This document shows, piece by piece, positions 10,519-23,481 of a stretch of DNA of 64,000 bases. The stretch is from Camelus dromedarius (lineage: Eukaryota). Under the pieces are notes generated by a model, which saw only the letters and a list, made by a program, of their open reading frames with translations, made no database searches and was not told the origin of the DNA. A program made the translations under genes and the position numbers. Position 1 is the stretch's first letter. Each line of letters starts with the position of its first letter. The stretch is taken from positions 4,154,001 through 4,218,000 of the forward strand of contig NC_087469.1 in the NCBI RefSeq assembly GCF_036321535.1, in the 5' to 3' direction.

Positions 10519-12543
10519 GTGCTTCTATCTCCTACCTTGTGTTCATTACAGAAATAGTGAGTGTGTGTTATGTGCCAGGCCAATGTGACGGCGATTAATC
10601 TGGAGGAACAAGATGTGGCCTATGATTTCACTGAGCGTGTAGTCTGGTGGAGTATACATAGCAAATGAGGCGATTCTGATTTGGTGTGATGCAGCGCTGA
10701 GTGGAGTAGTTCAGGATGCTGTGGGAGTGCACCGAAGGGGAACCTCACCAAGTTTAGGGGTGAAGTGGAAAATTTTCCTGGATGAAGTGCACCTGAGTTG
10801 AAAGCGAAGGGGGGCGGTGGGAGGTATCATATTACCTGAGTCAAGAGGAGTGAAGAGGCAGAAGGAGCAATATATGCAAAAGCATGATGGAGAGACAGAA
10901 TAGCAAGTCTGACTGAATGTAGTTGAGGGGAGAGTGGATAACAAATGAGACTGAGAAGTTAAGCAAGTCATACAGGGATTGTAAGCCATTTTAACAGCCT
11001 GAATCTTACCCTGGAAACAGTGGCCAGCCACTGAAAGATTTTAAATGGGAAGGTGGCACAACCAGATTTTCATTTTCAAAAATTCTGCTTTCCTATGGAG
11101 AAAGGATAAGAGAAGAACAAGGCTGGTGGCAAGGCGGTCAGATAGGAGGCTACTGCAGGAATGGAGACTTGGGCTAATAGTGATCCGAATTGGAACTTGT
11201 TGGTGGAGATGGAGGGTAGTGGACTGATTCAAAACTCAGCAAGACCTACGGATTGAATGGATGTAAACAACTGAAAGAGAAATCAGAGTCAAGATAAGCC
11301 CCAGGTTTCAGACTTGGACAACTGAGTGGGTAGTGATATCTGTCCTTACAGGCCCAGGGACAGTGTCATCTTGGTCTGCAGTCTGAGTACAGCTTGCTGG
11401 ACTTTGTGGGACCAGCAGCTCTTTAGTCATCATGCTGTTTGTTGACATCAGTGCATGTATCTATCTTCACAAAGGCACATGGTGTGAGGGCAGTTACCTT
11501 TAAACCTACAGTATTGGCTTTGTCTCTACCTGTGGAAAGGTGGGTGGGTGGTGACTCCCAAATCATGGCCACCTGGTGATCTGGATAATTTATACTCTTT
11601 CTTTGCTTGGAGAACTGGGAGGGCCAGGTTTGGTGACATCTCTTCCATTAAAGAACATGGAACGACAGAGTAAGGTCTTCTGTCACTCTACTACAAAATC
11701 TTCATACAACACAAGCTCCTCAGTTTCAAATAACTCATCTTCAGGAAAGGTATTGTCTTGCTCCTAAGCCAAGGGACCAGACTCATCTTTTAGAAAAAAA
11801 TTAAAATGGTTAGGCTTTTGATTCTCTACAAAAAACTGAAATTCAGGCATTGATCATCTTGTCTGTGCAAAGTACTGTTGTTTGGGAGGGGAGGCAGAAG
11901 GAGAGAATGTGGTAACAAATAAGACACAGATCCTGTCCTCAAGGACTGCATGGTTCAGCATAAGAGATTTGACACTTATTTGAAGAACTCTAACATATGG
12001 TACAAAGTTATAAATATAGAAAGATATGAACATAAAGTTCTGTGTGAGACATGTGAGAGAGAAGTTAACTTGAGGGAAGGCATCATGAAAAGGGAATGCC
12101 ACATCGTGAGAAGAGGCATTTGAGCTGGGCCCAGAAGGAAGGAAATTATCATTTATTGATCATTTATTGTATTATCCAGTTATCCAGCTCTCACTTCTCC
12201 CTGTTGACTATAGCAATACTCTTAGTCCTTAAATTCCTCCATCTCAAAATTACTGGAATATTTACCTAGTTCTCAATATAGTATTGGGGGTACTGAAGTT
12301 CTGTCTTTTTGAGATGGAAGGAGCATTTAATCTATATAGTCATCTGCTACTGCTGATTGAAAGGGTTGATCAAAGGATTCATGGACTTGGAGAGAAAGAA
12401 ACAGAATCACGACAATTAATTATGAGGAAAGCCTAGATCCTCAGAAGGTGTGCTTATGTTCTGCTTGGCTAAGGGTGAGTAAGGGATGCCTTTTCTGCTC
12501 TCTGATTTGTGCCACAGTCTTTTCTGTTCTCGCCTTTTCCCAG

Positions 12544-12774
12544 AGACAGTTCCTCGCCTGCTTCCTTACAAACCCACACTGTGGCAGCCTCATTAATGCA
12601 GATGGCCATGCTGAAGTGTGGACAGATTGGAATGATATGTCCAAGTTTTTCCAGTATGGTTGGAGATGTACCACCAATGAGGATGCCTATTCGAACCGTA
12701 CCCTGATGGGCAACTGGAACCAGGAAAGATATGATCTGAGGAATATTGTGCAGCCCAAACCCTTGCCTTCCCAG
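12544..12774 (+). CDS. CFAP68: CFAP68 coding exon 2 (231 bp)
   Basis: ttttcccag|AGA CAG ... TCC CAG|gtaatt; RQFLACFLTNPHCGSLINADGHAEVW...TLMGNWNQERYDL (NWE-type motif of ciliary microtubule inner proteins). Confidence 0.92.
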
Positions 12775-12813
12775 GTAATTGAACTTCCTTGTCTTTGTTT
12801 CCTTCTGTTAGTA

Positions 12814-12817
<4 letters not shown>

Positions 12818-12888
<71 letters not shown>
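12818..12888. repeat. Compound (TG)n(TA)n microsatellite in CFAP68 intron 2
   Basis: About 59 bp of pure TG followed directly by a short TA run. Confidence 0.97.
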
Positions 12889-13372
12889 CAGTGGCCATTT
12901 GAGAGGCAGGAATCCGATAACTTCCAATGTGAGATCTCTCAGGCTTCTCTTCAGTGAAGTGGTTAGGGGAGGGCAGCTGTCCTCAGCTGGAACCCCTCTC
13001 CCACTTTACTATCAAGTTGAATATTTTATTATTGTAAGGTAATAAAAGGATGGGTAGCAGGCTTTTCCTCTTGCTTCTCTTGGACCTCATTCATCTACAG
13101 AAATATATATATAAAAGGTCTTCTGAGTCAGGCTAGCTTCTCCCCTGGTCTCTGTCTACCTAGACTTGTCATTTATCTGCATCGTGCCCTTAAATCTCCT
13201 AAATAGACAAACAAAGGATGTGAAAGTTAGTAGGATACTGACTAACGACACATAGACCTCTCGGCCATCTAAAATGTGACAGAGCCTGTTAGGATTCATG
13301 TCACTGTGCCCTTTATTTCCCAATATTGGTTATAGACTCCTGTGTTTTCAATCTATTACTTTTTCTTTCCAG

Positions 13373-13439
13373 TTTGGACACTACTTTGAAACTACATATG
13401 ACACAAGCTACAACAGCAAAATGCCTCTTTCAACCCATA
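13373..13439 (+). CDS. CFAP68: CFAP68 coding exon 3 (67 bp)
   Basis: tttccag|TTT GGA CAC ... CAT A|gtaggt; FGHYFETTYDTSYNSKMPLSTH. Confidence 0.92.
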
Positions 13440-13646
13440 GTAGGTGGATGATTCTTTTTACTTCTTTTATTCTCAGGATCTAACTCAGTGCTTGGAACAT
13501 AGAAGGAACTCAAATAAGAATGAATTAAATAAGTGAATAAGTAAATGAATGAGTGAATGATTTCTCAATTTTCACAGCCACTGTCTGTTTCCCTCAGAAA
13601 TAAGAGTGAGATTGCTTACTAAGACTCCTCTTTTCTCTTCCCTCAG

Positions 13647-13822
13647 GATTTAAGCGAGAGCCTCACTGGTTTCCAGGACATCAACCTGAGCTGGATCCCC
13701 CTCCGTACAAATGCACAGAGAAGTCAGCTTACACGAGGAGCTATTCAAAACCTCAAGTCGAGCATCGCTCTGTGTGTGTGTGTCATCCTCATAAATGTCA
13801 ATTTCAGGGTCTAGGATTCTAA
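13647..13822 (+). CDS. CFAP68: CFAP68 last coding exon (176 bp)
   Basis: ccctcag|GA TTT AAG; RFKREPHWFPGHQPELDPPPYKCTEKSAYTRSYSKPQVEHRSVCVCHPHKCQFQGLGF*; total CDS 513 nt = 170 aa. Confidence 0.9.
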
Positions 13823-13924
13823 GAAAGAATACAAAGGTTCATTTTTCCGGTGTAGATTATAGGAAGGAGCACATTCTAAGCACAACTAAGAATTTAGCTG
13901 ACTGTAGCACAGTTTTACTCTCTG

Positions 13925-13934
13925 AATAAATAAA
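13925..13934 (+). terminator. CFAP68 polyadenylation signal (overlapping AATAAATAAA)
   Basis: About 100 nt after the stop codon. Confidence 0.75.
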
Positions 13935-13964
13935 GCACAAAAAATATTCTCTATCCCCCACTTT

Positions 13965-14815
13965 TTAAATTGAAGTATAGTTGATTTACAGTGTTGTGGC
14001 TGGTGTACAGCATAGTGATTCAGTTATATATATATATATAAACTGAATATATATATTCAGTTTTTTATATATATATTCAGTTTTATGTATATATATAAAT
14101 ATATTCTTTTTCATATATCTGTTTTTTTAAACCAAGATTTAAATGTCAAATTTAAGTTAATTATATCTACTGTTAGGTCTATATTGAGCATGGATTTTTC
14201 TATTTCTGCAAAAAGCATCACTGAGATATTCATAAGAATTCCATTGAATCGGTAGATCACTTTAGCAATACTGGTATCTTAACAATATTGTTTTCTAATC
14301 CATTTGTGTCTTCTTTAATTTATTTTAGCAATGCCTTATAGTTTTTAGTGTACAAGTGTTTTTGCCTCCTTAGTTAAGTTAATTCCTATGTATTTTATAT
14401 GTTTTGATGCTACCATGAATGGAATTGTTTTCTTAATTCCCTTTCTGGATTGTTCATTGTTAGTGTATAGAAATGCAACTGATTTTTGTGTGTTGGTTTT
14501 ATATCCTGCAGTGTTGCTGAACTTGTTTGTTAATTCTAATGATTTTTTTTTTTTTTTGGTGAAATCTCTAGGGTTTTCTACATGTAGTATGTCTTTTGTA
14601 AATATAGTTTTACTTTTTCCTTTCCAATTTGGATACTTTTTTTTTTCTTGTCTAATTGCTCTAGCTAGAACTTGCAATAATATATTGACTATAAGTGGTA
14701 AAAGTGGACATCCTTGTCTTGACCCTAGTCTTAGAGGAAAGGCTTTCAGTCTTACCATTGAGTATGACGTTAGCTGTGCATTTTTCATATATGATCTTTA
14801 TTATTCTGATCCAAT
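13965..14815 (-). mobile_element. L1 fragments: a 3' terminus with TA-rich tract and an ORF2 reverse-transcriptase piece
   Basis: Minus-strand ORF 14345-14788 reads LKAFPLRLGSRQGCPLLPLIVNILLQVLARAIRQEK...NKFSNTAGYKTNTQKS, typical of L1 RT. Confidence 0.85.
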
Positions 14816-15469
14816 TTCCTGATACCTACAATTGAATTCATAATCTTCTGTCTCAAATTTTTTCCTTCTTATGTATTTCATATCTTGGTGAACTTTTTTT
14901 TTTATGTATCTTAACCACTCTTTCTTATTTTTAGTATTGTATATTACATAATAAGTTCACACGATTGTCAAAAACAGAAACGAAGGAATTATTTTGAATC
15001 CCCCTTTCTCATCCTCCCCATTCAAACAGATACCAAGCCCTATAAATTCTATCTCCAGGTTCTGTCTTGATTATGCCCCTCTTTTGTGCATCTCTGTTAT
15101 TTTTGCTGTATTCCACTTTCCCATTATTTCTTACCCAGTCTCCTGCAATACCCTTTTGGTTGGTGTCTCTATTTTCCATTTTGGTCCCTACTTACCAATC
15201 ACTGTATTGTTCCCAGACTGAGTCTAAAAATGCAGAGTTGATCATGCTACTCATTTGGTTAAAACCTTTCACTGGCTTCTATAGCCTTCAAAATAAATTC
15301 CAAACTCCTTAGCAGAAACCCTTTCTAACTCTTGCCTCATCTCCCACATTTCCTCTCATGTGTCTAGTGCTCCGTCCAAACATAAATACCTGGGCACTTC
15401 AAGCTGTTCCCCCTTCTGGATGCATTTTCTTCCCTCTTCACCTTGCTGAGTCCTATAAACCATTAAGAA

Positions 15470-16200
15470 TTCAGATACCCACTAGAATGACTATAATCAA
15501 AAAGATAAATGATGATAACTGTTAGCGAAGATATCAAGAAACTGGAACCTTCGTACACCACTGGTGGGAATTTTAAATGGCAACTGCTTTGGAAAACAGT
15601 CTGACAGTACCTCAAAAGGCTAGACAGAGTGTTACCAAAGGGTCCAGCAATTAATTCCACTGCTAGATATACACTCAAGAAAAATGAAAAGATAAGTCCA
15701 CACAAAAACTGGTCCATGAGTGTTCATGGCAGCATTATTCATAATAGACAAAAAGTGGAAGTAACCCAGATGTCCATCAACTGATGAATGGGGGAATAAA
15801 ATACAGTAGATCCATGTAATAAAATATGATTTGGCAATAAAAAGAAGTGAAGTACTGATACATGTAACCACATGGAGGAAACTTTAAAACATTCTGCTCA
15901 ATGAATGAAGCTAGTCACAAAGGCCCCCATATTGTATGATTCCATTCATATGAAATATCTAAAATAAGCAAACCTATAGAGACAGAAAGTAGAATGGCGA
16001 TTGCCTAGCATTGAGGGGTGGGCATTGGAAGGTGATAACTAATGGGTGTAAGTTATCTTCTTGGCTAGTGAAATGTCCTAAAATTAATTGTGGTAATAGA
16101 TGTACAACTCCATAAATATAAATAAAAACCATTAAGTTGTATACTTTCAGTGGATGAATAGTGTAGTAAGTGAATGGTATCTCAATAAAACTGTTAAAAA
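15470..16200 (+). mobile_element. Old L1M 3'-end fragment
   Basis: ORF2 end and 3'UTR motifs (ttcatggcagcattattcataatag...atgtccatcaactgatgaatgg), ending aataaaactgttaaaaaa. Confidence 0.8.
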
Positions 16201-18029
16201 ATTAATCAGGCAGAACAATCTCCAGGATTCCTTCCATGTCCAGAGTAGGTATTTCTCTTAAGGATCCTCATATCAGACATTTTGAATGGACATTGTAACA
16301 TCTTGAAAAAGTGTCTTAGAATTTTAGAATTGTCTTTTTACTTGTCTGTTCTTCTGCTCAATTCTTAATTGTGTTAGGACAGAAAACATATATTATTTTT
16401 GTAGCTGGCACATAGTAGGCACTCAAGTAACTGTTGAGTGAATAGTCATTGTAAATCTTCAGAAGAAAGATCAAATCTGGTGCAAAATTCAAATAAAATG
16501 TGAAGTATAAAATAGAATTTTTCTAAGCATGAAAATCTGTATCATTCCCAAACCCTTAGGCAAAACATCCGTTTGGTTTCTAAGCGTTACATCTTACTGA
16601 AATTATGTGTGTGGACTGTACGTATATTTCCCAGATTTATTCTTTAAAAAATGATAGTTTTAAAAGGGTAAAGCACTGACCATCACATTCTCATACTCCA
16701 ACATCCAGAGGAAGAGAAAAAAATCAATCTCTTTCTGTCTCTGTCTCTCTCTCCATCTCCCTCCTCCATCCCTCCTTCTCTCTCTCTCCCCCACAGTCTT
16801 TTTAAAAGGTAAAAGGCTTTTCTAGAAGCATCTCCAGCAAACTTCTCTCCTGTCTCATTGACCGTAATTGGGTTGTAGCCCTTTCAAGACTAATCCCTAC
16901 TGAGGGAAGAAAACTTCCATAATTTACTTGGACTGTTGAAGATATATCAACTGTGAAAAAAAAAAATTGATCAACTATGGCTGGAGCGTTCATTCACTTT
17001 CCTGAAGCACGTGGCTAGGACGGATATGATGGATACCTAAACCAATCAGGGGTGCTGTTGGCAAGACTGACGGTGGCAAATAGGTTATGTAAGCAATCAA
17101 CAGTGTCATAAAAATTGGCTCTAAGTTTAGAGAAACCTGACTCCTGGCTAGATCACAGCATTTCAGACTATTAGGAATTTGTTTTTTAAGAGAAAACATT
17201 TTGAACCTATATAGATTTGCAATGTAAATAGTCCTAGCTCCACACCCCTGCATCGTGAGAACTTTCAGCAATTATTTCATGAATAATATTTTTAAAGCAT
17301 AGCCAGTCCCCAACTGTAGGTTTTGCTAAGGTAAGCATCCTTGTGAGAAATCAGAAATCACCTGGAAGCTGCTGCAGACGTGACGAGTTGTCTCTAAGCA
17401 TTTATGCCAGATAACCTACACCAGGGCTATTTTTCATTAATTGAATCAGAAGTTTGTCTAGACTCGCAAAAGTGAAATAGAGGTATTTTGCAGAGTAACA
17501 TGTCTTTGTTTAAAATGGTGGATCAAGGAATTGTATATTTCCCAGTCTTAGTTTTAATAGGTGTTTACTGGCTAATTTGGAGACTACACCTGAGAGGCTT
17601 GTTTGGTGATAATCACCTGTCTTATTTATCACCCTTGTGAAATCATCTGAAGGCAATGCTTATCAGTAGGAAAATGTCAAATAAAGTTGAGGGCGCCATC
17701 TCCTTCCTGGTGACATGATTAATTTCAGAGATACACTAAGGCCTTTTATGCATTGTCACCCAGACTTCAGATTTATTTTTGGAACTCGGGGACAAAATCA
17801 GAGGGAGAAGAGAGAGGAACTAATATTCCTTGAACTCTGCCAAGGGCTTTACCTATTTTTTCTCCTTAATTTACTTCTTACAACAAATGCAAAAATCAAT
17901 ACCCCGTGTTATAAATGGAAGACCTAAAGACCATAAAGTTTAAGTGACTTGCTAAACTTATACCATTAGTAAGTGTTGGAGACCGTCATTCTGACTCAAG
18001 TAACCTTAGAACCCCCTAGCTCATAATGT

Positions 18030-18160
18030 NNNNNNNNNNNNNNNNNNNNNNNNNNNNNNNNNNNNNNNNNNNNNNNNNNNNNNNNNNNNNNNNNNNNNNN
18101 NNNNNNNNNNNNNNNNNNNNNNNNNNNNNNNNNNNNNNNNNNNNNNNNNNNNNNNNNNNN
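18030..18160. other. N run (131 nt) over the distal CRYAB 3'UTR
   Basis: Undetermined bases; the CRYAB polyA signal is probably hidden here. Confidence 0.95.
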
Positions 18161-18202
18161 TGGGGAAATTTTGTTTTAAAAAATGCATTAGAGAAAGGGC
18201 AT

Positions 18203-18406
18203 CTACTTCTTGGGGGCTGCAGTGACAGCAGGNNNNNNNNNNNNNNNNNNNNNNNNNNNNNNNNNNNNNNNNNNNNNNNNNNNNNNNNNNNNNNNNNNNN
18301 NNNNNNNNNNNNNNNNNNNNNNNNNNNNNNNNNNNNNNNNNNNNNNNNNNNNNNNNNNNNNNNNNNNNNNNNNNNNNNNNNNNNNNNNNNNNNNNNCATG
18401 TTCATC
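18203..18406 (-). CDS. CRYAB: CRYAB exon 3 (204 bp, of which 164 nt at 18233-18396 are N)
   Basis: tcag|GAT GAA CAT G...N...CCT GCT GTC ACT GCA GCC CCC AAG AAG TAG (DEH...PAVTAAPKK*); span equals the length needed for a 175-aa protein. Confidence 0.9.
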   Translation of the reverse strand, partial: DEHXXXXXXXXXXXXXXXXXXXXXXXXXXXXXXXXXXXXXXXXXXXXXXXXXXXXXXXPAVTAAPKK

Positions 18407-18931
18407 CTGATCCAAGAGAATAAGGGAAGAGGCAGAGATGAGAACAGGAAATAACACCACTTGCGTAGAACTCAGACATTCTCCTTCCCTTTAGGTGTGA
18501 CCAGATGCATGGCAACATGAGGAAAAGCTAAGTGGCTGTTCTGTTTGGGGCTAACATGAAATTTCCTAGGCTGTCTCTCCTACCAGTGAGAGTCTGAGAA
18601 GATTGAACAGCCAACACTTCATATCTTTCCAAGCCCTGAGGCATGGATGCGTTCAGAGGTATTTCCCAAAGGTTTAGATAATTTGTTGGGCCTACAAGAT
18701 ATGGAATAGCATCTGGCATTGAAGATTTGAGTCCCTAAGGAAGCCCAGAAATTGTCCTGACTCTTCAGGAATGTTCCAGAACAGTGGGACTAATAATAAA
18801 AAGACTCCATCCAGGGAGACTATGAACTAAAGTTAAATCATATGAACAAAACTGAAACAGCCTGAGGACCTCAAACTGTACTGTTTGATGCACAAGTTTC
18901 CGAGTTATCACTAATCAGTAGGGAGCAAACT

Positions 18932-18978
18932 CAAACAAACAAACAAACAAACAAACAAACAAAACCACAAAAAAAAAA
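18932..18978. repeat. (CAAA)n microsatellite and A run in CRYAB intron 2
   Basis: Direct reading. Confidence 0.92.
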
Positions 18979-19306
18979 CCTCCCAGAAAGTAATGAGAAG
19001 CTATTCAATTCTTTAGAATTCTGCTAAAGAGTAATTGACCTTAACCCTTGTATCTGCTGAATCTCAATCATTTATCCAGACAGGTTCTCAATTAACTGAT
19101 TTCCACATGGGTCTAGGGTATTATCAGGAGCTAAGTACAGTTCTGAAACTTAGGCAAACCACATAGTTCAGCATTAAGATGGGCTAAAAAGAAGTAGGTT
19201 TCTAAACATCTAAAAGAAAAGTCCTCAGTTCAAGGGCCTTCTGGGGCCACACAGTTAATGTAACTATGTAAAGCAACCAGATGTCTAACAACCACTGTTC
19301 CTAAAT

Positions 19307-19848
<542 letters not shown>

Positions 19849-20899
19849 CTAGAAATAGCAAGGTGGGGAGAGGGTAGGAGAAAGGATGGTAGGAGTGTGG
19901 ATTACACTAGTACAGTATCATTATTCTGCAAACTTACTTTATGTCCAGGTAGTTTATTCTTCTCTTTTTGGCTAAAAATCCCTTTGTGAGTAAACATGGC
20001 TCTCTCGTTCAGAAAAGCTACCACAGTGGTACCCCAGGTACAACACTTGGTCATCAGACCCAAACTTTATTTACAGGGACAGGGAAGAAGACAGGCCACC
20101 CAGGGGACAGATCACAAGGATGAGACTGGACATGGCTTCTGCTGCTGCTCTGACCTAATGCCTGGCCTTGTCATTTGTCTGTGAGACAAAGGCCCCTTCT
20201 TCTTTCTCAGGTCTCTGCCAAGTTTCCCACCCACTCACTCTGGAATGTTCTGCTGGCTCTGACTGTCCTTCCAAAGCCCTCACCCACTCAGCTCCTGTTT
20301 ACTCACACTTGAATATTTTTAAACCAGAGTGTTATCTCTGACAGCTTCTGTCACCCTTTTTTGTTCACCCCATTCTCCCACCCTTTTAGGACAAGTCGTT
20401 GGGGGGGGGGCCAAGACTAAACCTACATTCTTTCCTCATTAGGCTTGAACCCAGGCCAGTGCCCTGTCACAGCCCTGAGAAACTCGGAAAATCATAAAAG
20501 AGGGACTAGAAAGGAAGAAAATAGTGGTTGCTGTGTCCAGCTCCACGCAGCGAGGATAAAAAAAACCTCAGAATGAGGTAGCACTGTCTCCTGGCTCTGA
20601 AGTTTGAGATGACAATATTTGTCAGGAGTGTGAGATATTAGAAGAGTGAGCGAAGGTGTCTGAAGGCAGCTTTCCCCCTGTAGATCCTTATAAATCAAAC
20701 CAGAAAGGACATCCTACTTAGGAGATAAGGAACACAGAGTACTATGCATAGCACATGGGGAAAATGTAATCAGTAGGATACAAAGGCACATCAGATGCAC
20801 TGGCACTGAGGCAGAGCAGAACTAGGGACCTCATCTTGTTTCACTGTGAGACACACAAGTGCCTATGACACTTGAGACACTTAGACAGAGCCAGATTTA

Positions 20900-21304
<405 letters not shown>

Positions 21305-21602
21305 TCACTGCCTGTTCATGGAGACTTGTGATTGGGGATTTGGCAGTGTGACACATACCCAGTACTCACTGAGCTAAGAAAAGAGAAATACAAACACGTC
21401 CGAGCTGGCCAGTGACTTGTCCTGGTCCTGTTTCACTAGCTCTCTGTCCACACCCAATGGCACCCACCTCTGCCCCCTTCTCTGGAGTCGGAAACTGGCT
21501 CAGGAATCCCAAGCAGGCGGGCAGTGTGCCCCTCCTCCTCCTCTCCAGCCTAGGATGCCAAGGGAATGCGGCCAGCAACTATCTTGGGCCTGGGCAGGAA
21601 CT

Positions 21603-21612
21603 GGAATCTTCC
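21603..21612. promoter_or_regulatory. alphaBE-4-type element (distal HSE overlapping reverse CArG-like box) in the CRYAB/HSPB2 intergenic enhancer
   Basis: GGAATCTTCC / GGAAGATTCC, two inverted nGAAn units, matching the element recalled from the mouse enhancer. Confidence 0.65.
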
Positions 21613-21829
21613 TAGGCTGGGCCCCAGGGACATTAACTCTTTGCGGGTCCCTGGAGGAGAGCCGTGATCATCAACATGTCACTGACAGGTTTCCTGTGGT
21701 GCCCTGCGTTGCCCAGAGAGGACCCTGACATCAATTTAGGCAGAAAGGCCCCTCACCTCATCTCAGAGAAAGAGTAGAAAGTTTCTTGCTTGTTTCGCTT
21801 TATGTGGCTGGCAGAACGTTAAATGCAGG

Positions 21830-22620
21830 GGAATTCTGCGGAACAGGGTGCCGGCTGCCTGCGACCGAGAAGAGATGGTGTGGAAAATGTGCACTGTTGG
21901 TGAGGGTCTCAGCGAGCCTCTCCAGGGCCTCCAGCCCCAGCCTCGCGTCGCCAGCTGGCTCCCCAGCCAGGACCCCCAGCTGTCCTCTCCGGGAAGGGAG
22001 GGGGGAGAGGGGGGAGGCTGCGACAGCTGAAGAGGGTGCGGGGGAGGGGACGGGGGGTCCAGGCAGCGCGGGCCACACGTTGTATCGCCGCGGGCTCCCC
22101 GCCCCTCCCCCTGCCCTCGGGCTCCGCACTATTTTGGGTGGTGTAGACCCCGCCCCCGCCTCCGGGTGCTCGCGGGCCCTCGGGCAGCTGCAGGGGTCCC
22201 GCCGCGCCTGTTCGGGCTGCACCTCCGACCGGGGCCGCCGGCGCGTCCGCAGCCATGTCGGGCCGCTCGGTGCCACATGCCCACCCGGCCACCGCCGAGT
22301 ACGAGTTCGCCAACCCGAGCCGCCTGGGCGAGCAGCGCTTCGGAGAAGGTATGGCACGGACGCCACCCCCTTGCCTCCCACCCCCACCTCCTGAAATTCT
22401 GGGCTGATCTCCCAACGGTGCTGGCCTCCACCCCACTCCCGGCTTAACTGAACTCCTGGGGCGAGCCATCTCCCACCCCAGAGCCACCCCCCCTCCTCCA
22501 GGCAGGCCTCTCTCCCCTTCCCGCTGACCCCGGCGCAGAAGGGCGCCCGCCGCGCGCTGATGCCTGCCCCTGCCCCCTCCGTGTGCCTTCTGGGTCCCCT
22601 TCGGACCACCCAGACCCGGT
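21830..22620. promoter_or_regulatory. CpG island at HSPB2 exon 1, part of the head-to-head CRYAB/HSPB2 promoter
   Basis: GC/CpG-rich; divergent ATGs at 21175 and 22255. Confidence 0.8.
22255..22348 (+). CDS. HSPB2: HSPB2 exon 1 (94 bp)
   Basis: gccATGt; MSGRSVPHAHPATAEYEFANPSRLGEQRFGEG; donor G|gtatgg. Confidence 0.97.
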
Positions 22621-22844
22621 TTGGTTTGCTCTCCTCCACCCCATCTCATGTTCTTTCTCAGTCCCCTCTCCCCAGCCGCCTCTTTCCAGCCGCTGGGACT
22701 CCTCCCTCCTCTTCCCTCCTTCTCCTGACTCCCCTCTGGCTCTCCCCAGGTCTCATCTCCTTTCTCTCCACTCATTCACCCACCCTCCTTCCCACCTCAT
22801 CCTCCTTCATCCTGCTTCTTGCCTTCTCTCTCTCTGCCCTTCAG

Positions 22845-23299
22845 GCCTCCTGCCAGAAGACATCCTGACCCCCACCCTCTACCATGGCTACTATGTGCGA
22901 CCCCGGGCCACCCAAGCTGGGGAGGGCAGCAGGGCAGGGGCCTCTGAGCTTCGGCTCAGTGAGGGCAAGTTCCAGGCATTCCTGGATGTGAGCCATTTTA
23001 CCCCAGATGAGGTGACCGTGAGGACTGTGGACAACCTGCTGGAGGTGTCTGCCCGGCACCCCCAGCGCCTGGACCGCCACGGCTTCGTGTCCCGGGAGTT
23101 CTGCCGCACCTACGTCCTGCCTGCTGATGTTGACCCCTGGCGGGTCCGCGCTGCTCTCTCCCACGATGGCATCCTCAACCTGGAGGCGCCTCGGGGTGGC
23201 CGACATTTGGACACAGAGGTCAATGAGGTCTACATCTCCCTGCTCCCCGCACCTCCTGACCCAGAGGAAGAGGAGGAGGCAGCCAGTGTTGAGCCCTGA
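22845..23299 (+). CDS. HSPB2: HSPB2 exon 2 (455 bp)
   Basis: ttcag|GC CTC CTG; alpha-crystallin domain FLDVSHFTPDEVTVRTVDNLLEVSARHPQRLDRHGFVSREF; total 549 nt = 182 aa. Confidence 0.97.
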
Positions 23300-23475
23300 G
23301 TGCCACAGACCCAGCACCCAGTGAACCCCTTTCTAGCTCCCGTGGTGATACAGCAGCTGCTCACCACCCAGAGGTAGCAGCATCCTTGCGGGAGGGAGAA
23401 GTGCGTGGTCCACAATGTATGGTTTGGTCCCTTGGGACGTGTCATAGCATTTTCCTCTAGTTTTGGGTGGAGCTG

Positions 23476-23481
23476 AATAAA
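23476..23481 (+). terminator. HSPB2 polyadenylation signal
   Basis: AATAAA about 175 nt after the stop codon. Confidence 0.8.

Noticed and set aside
12448-12957. 169-aa single-exon ORF
   Set aside because: Only 12544-12774 is exon; the CVCVCV tail is the translated (TG)n microsatellite.
21786-22775. 202-, 279- and 288-aa ORFs around HSPB2 exon 1
   Set aside because: Same GC-island effect; no recognisable domain; the real exon is in another frame.
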